57,838 nucleotides of DNA from a virus (taxonomy: Duplodnaviria; Caudoviricetes): positions 1 to 57,838 of the IMG/VR virus record IMGVR_UViG_3300047181_000043; one strand, written 5' to 3'. The notes below the pieces were generated by a model. That model was not told where the DNA came from and searched no databases. It saw nothing but the letters and a program-made list of their open reading frames with translations. Positions 55,856-57,838 of the stretch are shown here, piece by piece (the first letter of the stretch is position 1; every line of letters begins with the position of its first letter). Position numbers and translations under genes: made by a program.

Positions 55856-56732
55856 ATCTGGCTTTTGCCGATGCGGGACTGTCTTCAAATCGATTTATCT
55901 TCAACGCCTTTACTGATCCACTGCCTGACAACATTTCTTTATCACTCATGTTATCACTAATTCCCCGGAAAGTTCCAAATTCTTTAAATGGTTGCTGGAA
56001 TAAATCGGGGCATTCAAATGATACATTATACATCATTTTTTTGGCATCGCTAGATACGAATCTAGGAGATCCTGGATCCTTCAGTACAATAGAATTAAAT
56101 TCGAACACCTGAGTAGGTACCATATCATATGTACCTGAACCCATATTATGGCCTTGAAAGGTGGCCACATAAGCACATAACTTCTGAAATGAAGATGTTG
56201 GCTTCAGTAGCTGCGGAGAAAAGAAGCAGTTAATAAGAGCATTAAAAAATTGATACCATATAAGATCTTTATTTTCGATTACGGTCAGATTTAATAATCC
56301 TGGGCCGGCATGACTTCTAACTAATGGAAATTGTATAGACTTCTCCGTATCAACCGTGTATCCAGTTTCTGTTATAGTCTTTACCGTGGGAACGTCAACA
56401 TGATCAACTACCCATTTCATTTCTACCGAAAATCCCCTGCCTTTATTGTCTTTATTTACATGTCCCGCGATCCAACGATTTAGCATTTCCTTATATATAG
56501 GACGCCCGTTATACTCTTTTGGGATGTTAGTTACCATATCACGAGCAGCATATTTAATTAGCGAATCAACCGCTTTTTGTACATATTCACCATAAAAACC
56601 AACTAGGTATTTATTTCCTACATAGATTGAACCATTAGAATAAAATCCGGAGTTCCATTCTTCTGCAGTCTTGTCTTTTTCAATGGATTTAGTTCCACTG
56701 CTTGCAGCAATTGCTTGTGTAATTTGGCTCAT
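55842..56732 (-). CDS. Tail-tube-fold baseplate protein (gp54-like)
   Basis: VDHVDVPT, LNLTVIE, QVFEFNSI, YNVSFE; late operon with 56735-57385. Confidence 0.5.
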   Translation of the reverse strand: MSQITQAIAASSGTKSIEKDKTAEEWNSGFYSNGSIYVGNKYLVGFYGEYVQKAVDSLIKYAARDMVTNIPKEYNGRPIYKEMLNRWIAGHVNKDNKGRGFSVEMKWVVDHVDVPTVKTITETGYTVDTEKSIQFPLVRSHAGPGLLNLTVIENKDLIWYQFFNALINCFFSPQLLKPTSSFQKLCAYVATFQGHNMGSGTYDMVPTQVFEFNSIVLKDPGSPRFVSSDAKKMMYNVSFECPDLFQQPFKEFGTFRGISDNMSDKEMLSGSGSVKALKINRFEDSPASAKARSKNS

Positions 56733-56734
56733 AT

Positions 56735-57385
56735 TTACGTTTTTCCTGCAGTTGTATCAACGATGCTTGCTGGTGGTGTTGGATAATGTTGTGGTGAATC
56801 TGATCTAAATACATTGCGGAAACTAAATATACAGGACAAAGCAAATGTTTTTATAGAAGGATCTATGAAAGATTCTTCTGGTGTAGTCAGTCCCTGAGGA
56901 AAACATCTATAATATCTAGTTGTTTGATATATTTGATACGTATTGTCGCCGTCTATTATATCAATATATGGTATATACATCAGGCGATTTCTATAAAATC
57001 CATCATTTCCATAAACAAAATCTTTCTTATTTTGGATTGGATATCCATTTGTCTTTCCGCTTTGCACTGTTTGCATATATCTATATAATGCCCACCAATT
57101 TTCATTTCGCGAGTCCGCTATCATATTTATTGTGATAGTTTCGTTTAAATATTCATTATCTTCGGTGATGGGTATGTGAACCCTGGCCTTATAATGATAC
57201 TCTTTTTCATAATTCAATTGAATGTCGGGTGGTCTATACGACGTAATTAACGCGTTTATGGTTTCGCTTGGCGGCGAGTCGGACTGTGAAAATGATACTG
57301 GTAGGGGACCAATTACAATTTTTCCGGTGGCATTATGCCTACGGGTAAGTGAGTGGTCAAGTATAGGTGAAATTGTATCAATCAC
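56735..57385 (-). CDS. Tail-tube-fold protein (gp3/gp19-like tail completion)
   Basis: SYRPPDIQL, ITINMIADSRNENWWALYRYM, RYYRCFPQGLT; ATAAACT 5 nt upstream. Confidence 0.6.
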   Translation of the reverse strand: MIDTISPILDHSLTRRHNATGKIVIGPLPVSFSQSDSPPSETINALITSYRPPDIQLNYEKEYHYKARVHIPITEDNEYLNETITINMIADSRNENWWALYRYMQTVQSGKTNGYPIQNKKDFVYGNDGFYRNRLMYIPYIDIIDGDNTYQIYQTTRYYRCFPQGLTTPEESFIDPSIKTFALSCIFSFRNVFRSDSPQHYPTPPASIVDTTAGKT

Positions 57386-57389
57386 ATTC

Positions 57390-57562
57390 TAGTTTATCAA
57401 GTCAATTTCGCATTATCCGGATATGGATAAAACGGGAATCTTTAGCCTTATACGGAAAAAACTTTCGTTTTATCCGGATTTTTTATTATATTATCCGCAT
57501 AACGCGAGAGTTTTCTCCTGGATACACGGATGTGAAAACCAGGGGTAACTTGGATGTTAGGC
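57390..57562 (+). repeat. ~172-bp promoter/leader/attI-like module, right copy (inverted repeat of 1875-2046)
   Basis: Aligns to the reverse complement of 1875-2046; ends GGGTAAC-TTGGAT-GTTAGGC. Confidence 0.95.
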
Positions 57563-57578
57563 TAATGCGAGGAACATT

Positions 57579-57770
57579 ATGGACGCAAATCAAGTAGAAA
57601 AATCTCTTAGAACTCTTAGTGAATTACTCATATGCTTTCAATCTTGGGAACCTGAGTCTCGCGTTATGGGTAATGTGAAATCAAGTGACGCATCCGACGC
57701 TATAAGGATTTCAATAAATGCCATAATTAATAGTTACCTTTATTATAAAAATATATGTTATATTGTATAA
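57579..57770 (+). CDS. Hypothetical small protein, first ORF after the right attI-like site
   Basis: GAGGA SD; starts 16 nt after GTTAGGC. Confidence 0.65.
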   Translation: MDANQVEKSLRTLSELLICFQSWEPESRVMGNVKSSDASDAIRISINAIINSYLYYKNICYIV

Positions 57771-57838
57771 ACTGTTTATATGTGGTGTACTACCACTTGA
57801 AACCTGTACTGCCCGAATAAATGAAGTTATGGACATTA

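Noticed and set aside
57367-57597. 76-aa ORF across the right repeat
   Set aside because: Overlaps the regulatory repeat and a tail gene start; not conserved in frame with the left copy.
1-57838. Alternative genetic code (stop-codon reassignment)
   Set aside because: Conserved genes are full length in the standard code and TAA, TAG and TGA all end recognisable genes.
1-57838. tRNA or rRNA genes
   Set aside because: No cloverleaf or rRNA-like segment recognised in the short intergenic gaps; not confirmed with tRNAscan.

Overview
Core segment of a large T4-like (myovirus, probably jumbo) phage genome. About 55 kb (2052-57385) holds replication and recombination genes (UvsX, gp41 helicase, gp32 SSB, gp61 primase, gp43 family-B polymerase, clamp loader, UvsY, gp47), nucleotide and tRNA metabolism (class II RNR with two inteins, dimeric dUTPase, TilS, P-loop kinase), contractile tail and baseplate genes (gp18, gp19, gp25, gp26, tape-measure-like, gp48, gp53, gp27, gp5, gp4) and several glycosylation-type genes. 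An IS607 element with a 602-aa TnpB and a structured omegaRNA is inserted at about 7860-10579. The most striking observation: the core is bracketed by two ~172-bp inverted copies of a promoter/leader module (1875-2046 and 57390-57562). Each ends in GGGTAAC-N6-GTTAGGC, an attI-like integron site, and points outward into small accessory genes. On the left those genes are delimited by one canonical 62-bp attC site and one internally deleted attC. This looks like a phage-borne, duplicated integron-type cassette platform with no integrase in the window. Two recurring promoter motifs (TTATCTTTG before replication genes, ATAAACT before virion genes) are also visible. All calls come from manual motif reading; no searches were run.
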